Assembly (NCBI GenBank): GCA_964619725.1
Contig: CAZUFC010000013.1
Coordinates: forward strand, 1 to 64,000
Direction: 5' to 3'
DNA length: 64,000 nucleotides
Source: an uncultured bacterium
GTDB lineage: Bacteria; CSSED10-310; CAZUFC01
Part shown: positions 1 to 9,775 of the stretch, in pieces
Position numbering within the stretch: position 1 is the stretch's first letter
Layout of the letters: each line of letters opens with the position of its first letter
The notes under the pieces: generated by a model
The model's input: the letters and a program-made list of their open reading frames with translations, nothing else
The model's database searches: none
What the model was told of the DNA's origin: nothing
Program-made: the position numbers and the translations under genes

Positions 1-36
1 CATGAAGCACATGTAGGATGATGAGATGAATTTTTC

Positions 37-195
37 GGCATTGATCAACAATGCATGTATTGCGGTTACAATTCTACAGAATCTCCCATCATTTTCTTTC
101 TATTACGATTACGAGCACGAGCGCCGCTCCGCTGAGCACGAAAGTTATTTTTGATTATCGAGATCACAATTTGTAACCCCACTTTGATCAGTCCC
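37..195 (-). repeat. MITE/REP-like non-coding element, copy 1 (second copy at 56381..56553)
   Basis: Its reverse complement aligns to 56381..56553: left end 22/24 nt, internal block 34/36 nt, right end ttgatcaatgccg identical; imperfect terminal inverted repeats. Confidence 0.8.
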
Positions 196-244
196 CTTTT
201 CCGTATGTCTCAGGAATTTTATGAATTTTTATCTGCGAGACAGT

Positions 245-1729
245 TTATGGTTCATCTCCGATGTAGCCCAGGCTTTTCAGACGATCCAGGATTTCCGGGT
301 CCATTTTTGTTCCGAACGGTTTATTTACGAACGGGTCGGTTTTCATCAGAAAATCCAGCAAATCCCGGTAGGCTGATTTGTCTTTTGAATAAAGATTAAT
401 GGTTTCTCCAGGGTCTTCATTCAGATTGTAATATTCGCTTTTTTCGGGAAAGTCGGGCTTATAGATCAGCTTTCTCCCCTCACTCACAGCGCAATACAGC
501 AGCCCGTCGAAAGATCTTGTTTTGGAGATGCGGGAATTCAAATCATAGCGATTAACGGCATCGGCGTAGGCCATCCGTATCTGGCTTTTTTGTCCTTCCA
601 TCACCGGTATGAGACTGCATCCGTCACTTTTCGCCGAATGACTTAAATCAAGATAATCAATCACGGTAGGGGCGATATCGACGGTTCGCACGAGGTCGTT
701 GATCACTCCAGGTCCAGCCTGCCGGGGTAGACGTATAAGTATCGGCGTTTTAATCTGTTCCTGATATAATATGCGATGAAACCACCAGTCATGGTCTCCC
801 AGACCCTGCCCATGGTCCGCAGTGATTATCAGCATAGTGTCGTTGTAGATGCCCTTTTCTTTTAGCGAACGGATCAGGCGTCCTATTTGAGCATCCATAT
901 AATGAATTTCCGCTTCGTATATCCTGGGATTCTTCTTTATTTTTTTCGTCGAGGGGTCGGTAAAGGGGGCCAAATACATCGGCGGCGGAAGTATCTGGGG
1001 GTCATGAGGGTCCCAATAGTGAATCCACAGAAAAAAAGGGTCTTTGTTTGCTTTCAGCCATTTTAGAGCCGCATTCGTCGTATCGTCCGACCGGCGCTGA
1101 TTTTCGTTTAAGGACCACCTCCAAACATCATCATTGGACTTTTGAAATGCCTCTCCTGAAGACTCCTGAATTCCGCTGTCGAAAACATCGAATCCCTGGT
1201 TCAGGCCGTAAAATTCCGATACCGTAAAGGAGCTTAAAAAAGCTGCTGTCCTTCTGCCTGACTTTTTCAGCCGTTCGGCAAGCGTTTCCACGGAAGCGGG
1301 CAGTCTGCAGCCGGATTCCGCATAAATGACCCTTACTCCGTGATTATAGGGTTGAAGTCCGGTCAATATCGAGGCGTGGGAAACCGGAGTGGCGGCTGAG
1401 GAAGAGAGGGCGTTCAAAAAACAGAAACTTTTTTCGGAAAATTCGTCCAGGTGGGGCGTCAATGCCGTTTTATCGCCGTAGACGCCGATGCGGTCCGCTC
1501 TGACGGTATCCATCGTTATAAGCAACACATTGTACTCGGTGGTCACGGCAATGGATGACGGTTTAAAAAAATATAGCGTCAACGATGCAGTGACGGCCAG
1601 AAGGATAATCTTCAAAATAAACGAGGAAGATAAAAATTTTTTCTCTGTATAATGCGATGAAAACATGCTTGTGAACGATAAAGGTATTTTCATGGAGCGG
1701 AGAAGGTATTGTTCAGGATATTCATTCAA
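245..1729 (-). CDS. Sulfatase-like hydrolase/transferase (AlkP superfamily, Thr at nucleophile position), membrane anchored; true start probably downstream of 1729
   Basis: LLITMDTVRAD, TPVSHASILTG, HYWDPH, TADHG, YNLNEDPGE motifs; N-terminal TM; ends LKSLGY. Confidence 0.9.
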   Translation of the reverse strand: MNEYPEQYLLRSMKIPLSFTSMFSSHYTEKKFLSSSFILKIILLAVTASLTLYFFKPSSIAVTTEYNVLLITMDTVRADRIGVYGDKTALTPHLDEFSEKSFCFLNALSSSAATPVSHASILTGLQPYNHGVRVIYAESGCRLPASVETLAERLKKSGRRTAAFLSSFTVSEFYGLNQGFDVFDSGIQESSGEAFQKSNDDVWRWSLNENQRRSDDTTNAALKWLKANKDPFFLWIHYWDPHDPQILPPPMYLAPFTDPSTKKIKKNPRIYEAEIHYMDAQIGRLIRSLKEKGIYNDTMLIITADHGQGLGDHDWWFHRILYQEQIKTPILIRLPRQAGPGVINDLVRTVDIAPTVIDYLDLSHSAKSDGCSLIPVMEGQKSQIRMAYADAVNRYDLNSRISKTRSFDGLLYCAVSEGRKLIYKPDFPEKSEYYNLNEDPGETINLYSKDKSAYRDLLDFLMKTDPFVNKPFGTKMDPEILDRLKSLGYIGDEP

Positions 1730-3170
1730 TATATCCCAATGACTTCAGGGCAGAAAAAGTATTCGGGTTCATTCCCTGGTCTCTTTGGACGGTTTCAATT
1801 TCAAGCGCGCCTGTTTCTTCAATTTTTTCTCGTAATCGTTCGGCGATTTCCGGATGATTAAAATATAGATTATTTTTTTCACCAGGGTCCAGACTCAGGT
1901 TATAGAGTTCGGAATTTTCAGGATGCATAAGGTGGTAGATCAATTTCCAGTCATTCTCAACCAGGCAGAACAGGAGGTCTTTGTGTTTATCGGGTAATCT
2001 TTGGGGAAGGAAGTTGTCCAGAGTATTCAAAGCTTCAGCGTAGGCGTAATTATCCGAATTATTCTGATTGCGGATCAGAGGAATCAGATCGACGCCGTCG
2101 ATTTGTTCGGGGATGTCGATATTGAGGATGCTGAGAAGAGTTGGCATGAGGTCGACGTTTCGTGCAATTGACGGGCAGATATGCGGTGAAGGCAGATCAG
2201 GTATGATCAGCATGAATGGAATTTTTATCTGTTCCTGGTATAGAAGTCGATGCTGCAGCCAGCCATGGTCCATAAGGCCCTGTCCATGGTCTGAAAGAAC
2301 GGCTATGACTGTATCGTCCAGATGTCCGTATGCCTTGAGCTTATTAAGCAAACGACCGATCTGATAATCCATGTAGTAGATTTCGGGATCATAGAGCTCC
2401 AATCTTGATTGAGGACTCATAAGTCCGGGACCTGGCTGCGGAGCTTGAACGCCGAACAAACCGGCCGCTTCATCCGGAGGAAGAAGAGAAGGGTCATGGG
2501 GATCGAAATAATGAACCCATAAAAAATAAGGAGCTTCAACGTTTATTACCCATTCAAGCGCTTCATCGGTTACGGCATCTCCGCGACGTTGTTCACGCCT
2601 GTAGGGTTCCCGCAGAAAAACATTCGTTTTGCCGTAAGGTTTTTTCGGAGCATCGGGCATTTTATCTACTTCAAGATTGCTCTGAAACGTATCGAAACCT
2701 TTATCTAGTCCATAATGTTTTGAAGCCGTGAAGGCGCTGACGAATCCACCGGTTTTATATCCTGCTTCACCGAGAATGCCGGCCAGTGTGCGCACAGATT
2801 CATACAGATAATTGCCTGTCGGCCCGTAGAAAACTCTCACGCCGTGTTTATGCGGATACAGACCGGTCAGTATCGATGCATGAGCCATGGCGGTCATTCC
2901 GGATGTCGAATAAGTGTTGATGAAACTTACACCGCGGGATGCGATATTATCAAGGTTGGGCGTGTAACTGCCGGGATAACCGAAAAAACCCAGACGATCT
3001 GCGCGAGTCGTATCCAGGGTTATAAGGAGAACGTTCAAATCCCGTTTGCTGCTCTGCAATGGGAATTCTCGGCATGACAGAAGACATAAGGTTACTGACA
3101 ACAGGATCAAATTGAGTCCGCTTTTAAAAACTATTTTCATTATGTTTCCGGTTTTAAGGACAGATCGCAT
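1722..3170 (-). CDS. Sulfatase-like hydrolase/transferase (Thr type), probable lipoprotein
   Basis: LLITLDTTRAD, TAMAHASILTG, HYFDPH, SDHG; lipobox-like LLSC; ends LKSLGYIE; tandem paralog of the adjacent gene. Confidence 0.9.
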   Translation of the reverse strand: MRSVLKTGNIMKIVFKSGLNLILLSVTLCLLSCREFPLQSSKRDLNVLLITLDTTRADRLGFFGYPGSYTPNLDNIASRGVSFINTYSTSGMTAMAHASILTGLYPHKHGVRVFYGPTGNYLYESVRTLAGILGEAGYKTGGFVSAFTASKHYGLDKGFDTFQSNLEVDKMPDAPKKPYGKTNVFLREPYRREQRRGDAVTDEALEWVINVEAPYFLWVHYFDPHDPSLLPPDEAAGLFGVQAPQPGPGLMSPQSRLELYDPEIYYMDYQIGRLLNKLKAYGHLDDTVIAVLSDHGQGLMDHGWLQHRLLYQEQIKIPFMLIIPDLPSPHICPSIARNVDLMPTLLSILNIDIPEQIDGVDLIPLIRNQNNSDNYAYAEALNTLDNFLPQRLPDKHKDLLFCLVENDWKLIYHLMHPENSELYNLSLDPGEKNNLYFNHPEIAERLREKIEETGALEIETVQRDQGMNPNTFSALKSLGYIE

Positions 3171-3434
3171 GCCCGATTCTCCCCGCTTTATTATTACAGA
3201 AGCCCTGTCTGTTTGGCAAGAATGGAAGGAGCGATCGGAAACGGCATCGCCTCACGCGATGGGTTGCATAAGGCAAATCCAACGGCAATATTAACATTCT
3301 CCCGGGTTGCGGATGATCTTTGCTGTTCTCTGAAGCAGCAACCAGATTGATGATTTAAAACTGACGTCATTTTCGGTAGGATAGAGACTTCCGTAACGGT
3401 TACGGGACAAGAGGCCGTAAAATCAATCAAAAGC

Positions 3435-4949
3435 ATGAAAATAAGATCAGGATCGAAGTCAGGATATAACTCAGGGAATCATAAAAATGAAGCGTTTATG
3501 TCACCTCAGGTCATGAATCACTCTGACGCTTTCAAAAACAATAATTCGCGAATCGCCGGACGCTTTTACGCTTACTGCTTCGCCCTCATCATAATCGTCG
3601 GCGCGACCATAAGGCTTACGTTCCTTCTTTTGGCCGGATCGCTCGATCTGCATGCCGATGAATCGACTTACGTTTATCTGGCGCTGCAATGGAATCGATT
3701 CGGTTTTTTCGGCCATACGGCCTTCTTCGTATGGCCGCCGGGGTATCCCGCTTTTCTCGCTTTATTCTTTAGATTTTTCGCTGAATCTGGAATATTCGCC
3801 GCAAAATTCTGCCAGGTTCTCATCACCGGATTAATCGGTTCTTTTCTGATTTTGACGGGCCGTGAGTTATTCAACCGGAAGATCGCCCTGGTCGCCGGCG
3901 GCATATGGGCGGTTTACCTGCCTTTAATCGCTTATTCTCATTATTTATGGAGCGAAACGCTGTTTCTGGGTTTGTTGATGCCGCATATTTACTTTTTCAT
4001 ACGCCTTATGAAAAAAAACGGGGACATCCCGGCCAGGCATCTTATGGGGTTCGGCGTCATTTCGGGCCTGGAGTTATTTTTAAAAACGACTGTTTTACCG
4101 CTGATAATCGTATTCTGCATAATGCTGCTGTTCCGTCGCAGTCACGGGAAGCTGAAAGAACGAACCGTGAACGTTTTGATAATCGTATTGACGATAATGG
4201 CGACGGTGACTCCGTATATTATCCGGAACGCCGAAGTTTTCGGTCGATTCGTGCCCGTATCGTCGATTATGGGGTACAATCTCTGGCTGGGCGTCAACGC
4301 CAGGTACCACAACATGGACCTTCCCGGAGCAGACTATGAAGAAGTATACGATGAGGATGACTGGACATATCGCTGCCTGATGAAGGCGCCGAAGAGAGCT
4401 TTCTGGCGAAGGTCCAATTCTGTGAATCTTATCGACAAAACCAGGGAAGAGGTTAAAAGCGCCTGGAAGTTTGTTAGGAGTTATCCGGGATTTTTCGTGA
4501 GATCGCGGATAAAGAAACTGGCGGACTGGTTTACGCCCCTGACGTTTTTCATTCGGCATCATTACCTGGAACATTACCAGAAGCCGCTGAACCAGCTATG
4601 GGTTCGGAGAATACTCATCGTTGCATGTCTGCTGCAGACGATTTTCGTATTGGGTTGCTGGGCTCCGGGCCTGCTTTCAAGCGCTCTGGGACGGACGGAC
4701 CGGTTGATTGTAGTCGCCGTCATATTATGTTTTCTTGTATCCATGCCCGTCGTCAGCATGTCCCGTTTTCGACTCCCCGTCGAACCGGTTTTCATTATTC
4801 TCACGGCCGCTTTCGTCTGCGGACGGGGAAGACGCCGGCAGAAGAGAAGATTACGACTCTTTTCGACTGCAGGATATTGGATCATACTGGCTGCTCTTTG
4901 GATAATCAACTGGAAAGAAGTGCGCTACGTTCTTGAGAAAGCTCTCTAA
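3435..4949 (+). CDS. GT-C fold glycosyltransferase (ArnT/PMT family 39-like); start may be ATG 3498
   Basis: About 11 TM helices, ADE..Y and PPGYP.FLA in the first loop, SETLF, RN..VFG, late RFRLP motif. Confidence 0.8.
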   Translation: MKIRSGSKSGYNSGNHKNEAFMSPQVMNHSDAFKNNNSRIAGRFYAYCFALIIIVGATIRLTFLLLAGSLDLHADESTYVYLALQWNRFGFFGHTAFFVWPPGYPAFLALFFRFFAESGIFAAKFCQVLITGLIGSFLILTGRELFNRKIALVAGGIWAVYLPLIAYSHYLWSETLFLGLLMPHIYFFIRLMKKNGDIPARHLMGFGVISGLELFLKTTVLPLIIVFCIMLLFRRSHGKLKERTVNVLIIVLTIMATVTPYIIRNAEVFGRFVPVSSIMGYNLWLGVNARYHNMDLPGADYEEVYDEDDWTYRCLMKAPKRAFWRRSNSVNLIDKTREEVKSAWKFVRSYPGFFVRSRIKKLADWFTPLTFFIRHHYLEHYQKPLNQLWVRRILIVACLLQTIFVLGCWAPGLLSSALGRTDRLIVVAVILCFLVSMPVVSMSRFRLPVEPVFIILTAAFVCGRGRRRQKRRLRLFSTAGYWIILAALWIINWKEVRYVLEKAL

Positions 4950-4951
4950 TC

Positions 4952-5416
4952 ATGAAAAAAATGATAAAACGATTGGAATCAAATATCGGCCTCAAGAAAA
5001 AGAAATGGGCTTGTATTTTATCTCTTTCAGCGATGATCATTATTGAGATTACCGTAGGCATGATACTGCATCGCGATATGAAAGAACTATGGAAAGTTTA
5101 TCGAACGGGCGCTCCTTCAGAAAAAACAGAAGCCTTGTTCATCCTGTCCAACCGGAACGAACCTGATTATATCAACCGAAAATTCCTTAATGAATTGCTG
5201 CAATCGGACGAGGTGTTACTGAGAGAAGCGGCAATGACGGTTCATATCACCCGTTTCACGCGATCATTATTGCAGAAGAGATATATTAAAACTTGTGAAG
5301 ACAGGGATGAAAAAGTCCGGTGTCGATTTTTCCTGAGGCACAGCGTAGGAAAAGGTAAGCGCTCCTGGATCACGCAAAAAAGCCTGGAAGAATACTTTAG
5401 TGCATTGGAAAAATAG
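4952..5416 (+). CDS. Hypothetical membrane-anchored protein
   Basis: 154-aa ORF 2 nt after the GT gene; one N-terminal hydrophobic helix. Confidence 0.65.
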   Translation: MKKMIKRLESNIGLKKKKWACILSLSAMIIIEITVGMILHRDMKELWKVYRTGAPSEKTEALFILSNRNEPDYINRKFLNELLQSDEVLLREAAMTVHITRFTRSLLQKRYIKTCEDRDEKVRCRFFLRHSVGKGKRSWITQKSLEEYFSALEK

Positions 5417-5470
5417 CCGGAGAGCGATCCTGGTTTATCATGTGTGATGCGAATGCGAAAGAGCGAAAAT

Positions 5471-7969
5471 TTATGCCGCCTTGTTATTGAGGACTTTTCT
5501 GATCGACTGCAGCAGGTTTTTCATCGAATAGGGTTTATGTAGGAACTCTATTCCTCTTTTTTGAATTATTTTCCATTGAGATTTTTCATCTGTATAACCG
5601 CTGCAGAGAAGAACGGGGAGTTCAGGATTTCTTTTTCTCAAAGTATCTGTTAATTCAATCCCGTTTTTTCCGGGAAGAACCACATCGCTGAAAAGCATAT
5701 CGAATTTTTGTTCTTTTCTGTCATGCAACGACAATGCTTCCTCAGCGTCCTCAGCCTCAATAACGTTATAACCGTTTTGAACCAGGACCGCCTTGGCGAA
5801 GTTCCTGACGGAAAGCTCATCTTCAACCAGGAGAATGGTCTCGTGATTAGAAGAGTGAGCCTGGATTCCCGGGTTTGATCGCTGACTGTTTTCCTGGCAA
5901 TTTTCGGCAGAAGGGAGATAAACGTTGAATGACGTGCCTTTGCCGATTTGGCTTTTCACGTCGATCCAGCCGCCGTGCTGTTCCACTATGCCGTAAACGA
6001 CGGAGAGACCCAATCCGCTGCCTTCTCCGACTCGTTTAGTGCTGAAGAAAGGATCGAAAATATGTCTTAAGGTTTCTTTGTCCATGCCCGATCCGTTGTC
6101 TTTAACCGTCAGGATGACGAATGAGGAGGATATGAGATCGTCGTTTCGATTTTTCGGGGCGATCTCGGCTGGGGCGTTGGATGTGCCGATGGATAAGGTC
6201 CCGCCGTCAGGCATGGCATCCCTGGCGTTGACCGAAAGGTTGATGATGATCTGTTCTAACCTGACGGGATCGGCCTGAACTTTCCTGAGGTCCGACTCCA
6301 GAGAAGTTTCAATGACGATGTTTTCACTGATCAGCCGGCGCAGAAGATTCAGGACGTCTTTTATGGTATGATTTAGGTCAAGGGAAATGTACTTCATGGG
6401 TTGTTTGCGGCTGAAAGCCAGTAACTGGCTGGTCAGTTCAGCGGCTCTTTTGGCCGAATTGTCGATATTTTTCAGGTTCTTGTGCAGCGGGTTATCCTCA
6501 TCGACTGAAAGGAGAGTGAGTTCCGTGTAACCGAGTATGGCTGTGAGCAAGTTGTTGAAATCATGGGCAATTCCGCCTGCAAGCGTCCCGATGGCTTCTA
6601 TTTTTTGAGATTGCATTAATTGCTTTTGAATTTTTTCTTTTTCCTTTTCCACTTTGATTCTGTCCGTGATGTCCAGGGCCATTTCATAACGCACCAATCG
6701 ACCGTCGGGCCATCGAACGGCCCTGTCGATACATCGATACCAGCGACCGGTTTTTTTGTTTTGAAATTCCCAGATGTAGGGCTTGCCGGAATTATCGCCG
6801 AATATCCTGTCGTTCGTGCAGAAACGGCACGGTTCCTCAAAACCCTGCAATACCTCATGGCATTTCCGGCCGCAAATGTTTTCGCCGAATAAATCCCGCA
6901 GCGCCTTGTTCGCATAAATTAATTCATAAGTGCTCGGATCGCTGATGTATATCGGTTCGTTCGTACTGTCGAAAATAGATAAAAGCTGACGGCGTTCCAG
7001 ATTCAAATTTTCTTCGGCCAATTTGCGCTCCGTTACATCTTCAGCCAGAAAAAGGAATCCGGTTTCCTCCCTGGAATGGACGCTGTAAGAATTCACTGTG
7101 ATGTTCAAGTATCCGCTCTGACCATGAGGACGAATGAAATAGAAATCGCGCAAACGTGAAGCCTGCTCCGTGGCCCTGCAATTTTCAATGCAATCTAATA
7201 TCTGTTCGCTGTCCCATTTTATTCCGAGCTCAAAGAGTTTTTTGCCTTCGGCCTGTTCGGGCGTTATGCCGAAGGTTTCATAAGCGCCCTCGTTCCAGCG
7301 GTTAACGGTACCGTCAGCTTCAAGACCTACCAGTATTGACGTAATGGCATGCAATAACTGTTCATTCTGAAGATGAGCTTTCTTCAGCTCCCGCTCTGAA
7401 ATGACTCTCTGAATTATCATTCCCGCTAGACTCAGGTAAGCGTCCACCAGGTCTTTTAATTTCAGAGAGCCGTTAGCCGGCATTTGAATCATGCCCAGCG
7501 CCAGAATCTGATTTTCACGAACCGATGCGACCCTGTAACAGCGCCCGTTTTTCTCCGGAGTTTTGTTATATAATAATATCTCAGGGCAGCAATTCGGCAG
7601 GCACATGTTATGATTTCGGCACTCAAAAATTGGATACCGCTTTATTTGCTTTACGAGCAACTGGTTCAACTCGGCGGGTCTTTGGGGGAAATTCTTTACT
7701 GAATTCTGAATATTGCCGGCGACGTCCATCGATTCCGGTTTCAATTGATTGTTTTCCATATCGTAAGAGGCCAGAACAGCGTACCGGGCTTTGCACAACT
7801 TTCGTAAGTTCCTGCTTAAAATTGAAAATACCTGCTCCTCCCGCGCTCCTTCGATTTCCAGGACCGTGTCGTACAGTATCCTGAATGCCTTGTTCCTCTT
7901 TTCAAGAACTTGAAGCGCCCGAAGTTCAGCTTCAATTTCTTCCTGTTTGATTTTCGCCTTTTTTTCCAT
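5471..7969 (-). CDS. Hybrid PAS sensor histidine kinase / response regulator (CckA-like)
   Basis: Two PAS domains, GGIAHDFNNLL H-box, NARDAM, DNGSGM, GLGLS, C-terminal receiver (LLVEDE, SDVVLP, KPY). Confidence 0.95.
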   Translation of the reverse strand: MEKKAKIKQEEIEAELRALQVLEKRNKAFRILYDTVLEIEGAREEQVFSILSRNLRKLCKARYAVLASYDMENNQLKPESMDVAGNIQNSVKNFPQRPAELNQLLVKQIKRYPIFECRNHNMCLPNCCPEILLYNKTPEKNGRCYRVASVRENQILALGMIQMPANGSLKLKDLVDAYLSLAGMIIQRVISERELKKAHLQNEQLLHAITSILVGLEADGTVNRWNEGAYETFGITPEQAEGKKLFELGIKWDSEQILDCIENCRATEQASRLRDFYFIRPHGQSGYLNITVNSYSVHSREETGFLFLAEDVTERKLAEENLNLERRQLLSIFDSTNEPIYISDPSTYELIYANKALRDLFGENICGRKCHEVLQGFEEPCRFCTNDRIFGDNSGKPYIWEFQNKKTGRWYRCIDRAVRWPDGRLVRYEMALDITDRIKVEKEKEKIQKQLMQSQKIEAIGTLAGGIAHDFNNLLTAILGYTELTLLSVDEDNPLHKNLKNIDNSAKRAAELTSQLLAFSRKQPMKYISLDLNHTIKDVLNLLRRLISENIVIETSLESDLRKVQADPVRLEQIIINLSVNARDAMPDGGTLSIGTSNAPAEIAPKNRNDDLISSSFVILTVKDNGSGMDKETLRHIFDPFFSTKRVGEGSGLGLSVVYGIVEQHGGWIDVKSQIGKGTSFNVYLPSAENCQENSQRSNPGIQAHSSNHETILLVEDELSVRNFAKAVLVQNGYNVIEAEDAEEALSLHDRKEQKFDMLFSDVVLPGKNGIELTDTLRKRNPELPVLLCSGYTDEKSQWKIIQKRGIEFLHKPYSMKNLLQSIRKVLNNKAA

Positions 7970-8084
7970 AGCTGATTCTCAGAGCGGAAAAAGCGAGCTT
8001 TTCGCCGGCGCTGAATCATAAAGATTTGAAAGGCCGTATATGTTCCGTGCAGAAAGATTCATGATTCTGTCGATTTCATGCTGT

Positions 8085-8630
8085 CTATTCAACTTTTTTT
8101 CGTCGAATGAGCGTAAAAAGGAGAATTGAGGCAGCTAAAGCCAGGAATACGGCAATGATGAGCGCATTAATTCCCAGCAATTCAGGAAGGACTATTTTTT
8201 CAATATTATAGCCGTTTTCAAGGATTGGATTAATGACATAAACGATCAATGCCATTCCCGGAATAAATGATAGAAACACCACTAAAAACAGCATGTTTCC
8301 TTCGCCCATCTGACGCAGGGTTCCAAGAATGCAGCCCCCGTTCAGGAATATGCCCGCGCCGAAAAATATGCCGGCAAGAAGATTATAGAAACCAAATCCC
8401 CTCAATTGTCCAATCGGTTTCAGTCCCAGTTCCGGATTCAAGTATTTTGAAAGCGCAAAACCCAGGGTTGATATGACGAAGATGATCAGAAAAAGGCGCA
8501 GGATGCGTTTTCCCTTGCCCATGAATATCTCTCCAAGTCCGTGGGCGAAACATAGTCCGGAGCGCTGAACAAAGAACCCGAATCCTATCCCGAAAACGAA
8601 CCCCATTATTATCAATGACGTAAACGACAT
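8085..8630 (-). CDS. YeeE/YedE sulfur (thiosulfate) transporter family, N-half-like subunit
   Basis: GFFVQRSGLCF and GGCILG motifs; TM-rich; GGAGG SD before ATG at 8630. Confidence 0.85.
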   Translation of the reverse strand: MSFTSLIIMGFVFGIGFGFFVQRSGLCFAHGLGEIFMGKGKRILRLFLIIFVISTLGFALSKYLNPELGLKPIGQLRGFGFYNLLAGIFFGAGIFLNGGCILGTLRQMGEGNMLFLVVFLSFIPGMALIVYVINPILENGYNIEKIVLPELLGINALIIAVFLALAASILLFTLIRRKKVE

Positions 8631-8635
8631 GAACC

Positions 8636-9064
8636 TCACCTCCACACTATTCTGAAAACGATATAAGCGCCCAGAAAAATCCCGGCGACCGATAAAAACG
8701 AAGACACCGACAACATCGGCAGACCGATTACGAAGGCCGTCGTGCATGTACCAGGCGCCAGCGTTACGCCGATTCCTATCAAAACCCCGCCTGATATCGC
8801 TCTCGGCAAATTGACCGACTTCGGCAAACGAAATTTGAATTCCTTACTTGTTATTGCGCCCGCGAACGATCCGGCTATCACGCCTAAATTGACTATGAAG
8901 GCGAAAAGAAATTTGTTGCCGGGTCCCGTTTCGCCCACCATCGGAAGAAAACTGCTTCCGCCTATCCAAAATTTGTTTATCGTTAAATACATGATCACAT
9001 TCAACAGAGCGAAACTGCCCGCCAATATGATCGGCTTATATAAACTCCTCTTGCGAGACATCAA
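8636..9064 (-). CDS. YeeE/YedE family, C-half-like subunit
   Basis: G..AGSFAGA..SKEFKFR, GGVLIGIG..LAPGTCT. Confidence 0.85.
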   Translation of the reverse strand: MMSRKRSLYKPIILAGSFALLNVIMYLTINKFWIGGSSFLPMVGETGPGNKFLFAFIVNLGVIAGSFAGAITSKEFKFRLPKSVNLPRAISGGVLIGIGVTLAPGTCTTAFVIGLPMLSVSSFLSVAGIFLGAYIVFRIVWR

Positions 9065-9099
9065 AACACTCCTTTAACAAATAATCACAATCCCTAACA

Positions 9100-9327
9100 T
9101 TATTTTTCTCTTGAAATCAGAATTTCCCAACCCTCGGATTTTTTGCTGATGGAGAAAGATACGTCCTCGTATTCTTCCAGCTCCTCGGGAACCGATTTAA
9201 TGCACAAGGGATCATCAACGATGAACCGGTAACTTTCACCCTTCTTCATCTTGTGAACGTCCCGAATGATATGCATCACCACATAAGGGCAGACTTTCGA
9301 CATGAGGTCTATTTCGCTGGCCGGCAT
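9100..9327 (-). CDS. TusA/YeeD-family sulfurtransferase
   Basis: IDLMSKVCPY and IVDDP motifs, 75 aa; AGGAGG SD before ATG at 9327. Confidence 0.85.
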   Translation of the reverse strand: MPASEIDLMSKVCPYVVMHIIRDVHKMKKGESYRFIVDDPLCIKSVPEELEEYEDVSFSISKKSEGWEILISREK

Positions 9328-9660
9328 AACTCTCCTCCTTTTAATAAAACATAGATTAACGAAGACAATATCGATCAGCAGAATGAGCGGTTTTTTCTTC
9401 ACTCCGAAAGAAAAGCAGAAAGCCTGAATCGAAATGCTCTCCCTGCGCTAAATTGCTTTTTATGCTGAATTCGGTTGACATAAAAATATCCTGAGCGTTC
9501 TGCAGGCAGACCCATTAATTCTCGTTCTGCAAGAATTAACAGGCTCTCTGCCGAATCAAAATTGCGCTATTAAATTAAAAGCCAGTAAATCAGAATAGAG
9601 TAACTTGAGCATTCCCCACCGAGGTGAACGGGCTGCGAACTCCCGTTTTCAACACTTATC

Positions 9661-9689
9661 ATTAAACGGATAAGAGGGGTAAATGTCAA
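9661..9689 (-). promoter_or_regulatory. Putative sigma70 promoter of the tusA-yeeE operon
   Basis: TTGACA-N17-TTTAAT on the minus strand. Confidence 0.55.
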
Positions 9690-9775
9690 GAGAGACATGG
9701 AATATAGTCAGTTTCTGTTCACAAATAAGTTTTTTCGGCCAAACGTACTGCCGGTCAATTGTATTCGATGAGAAT

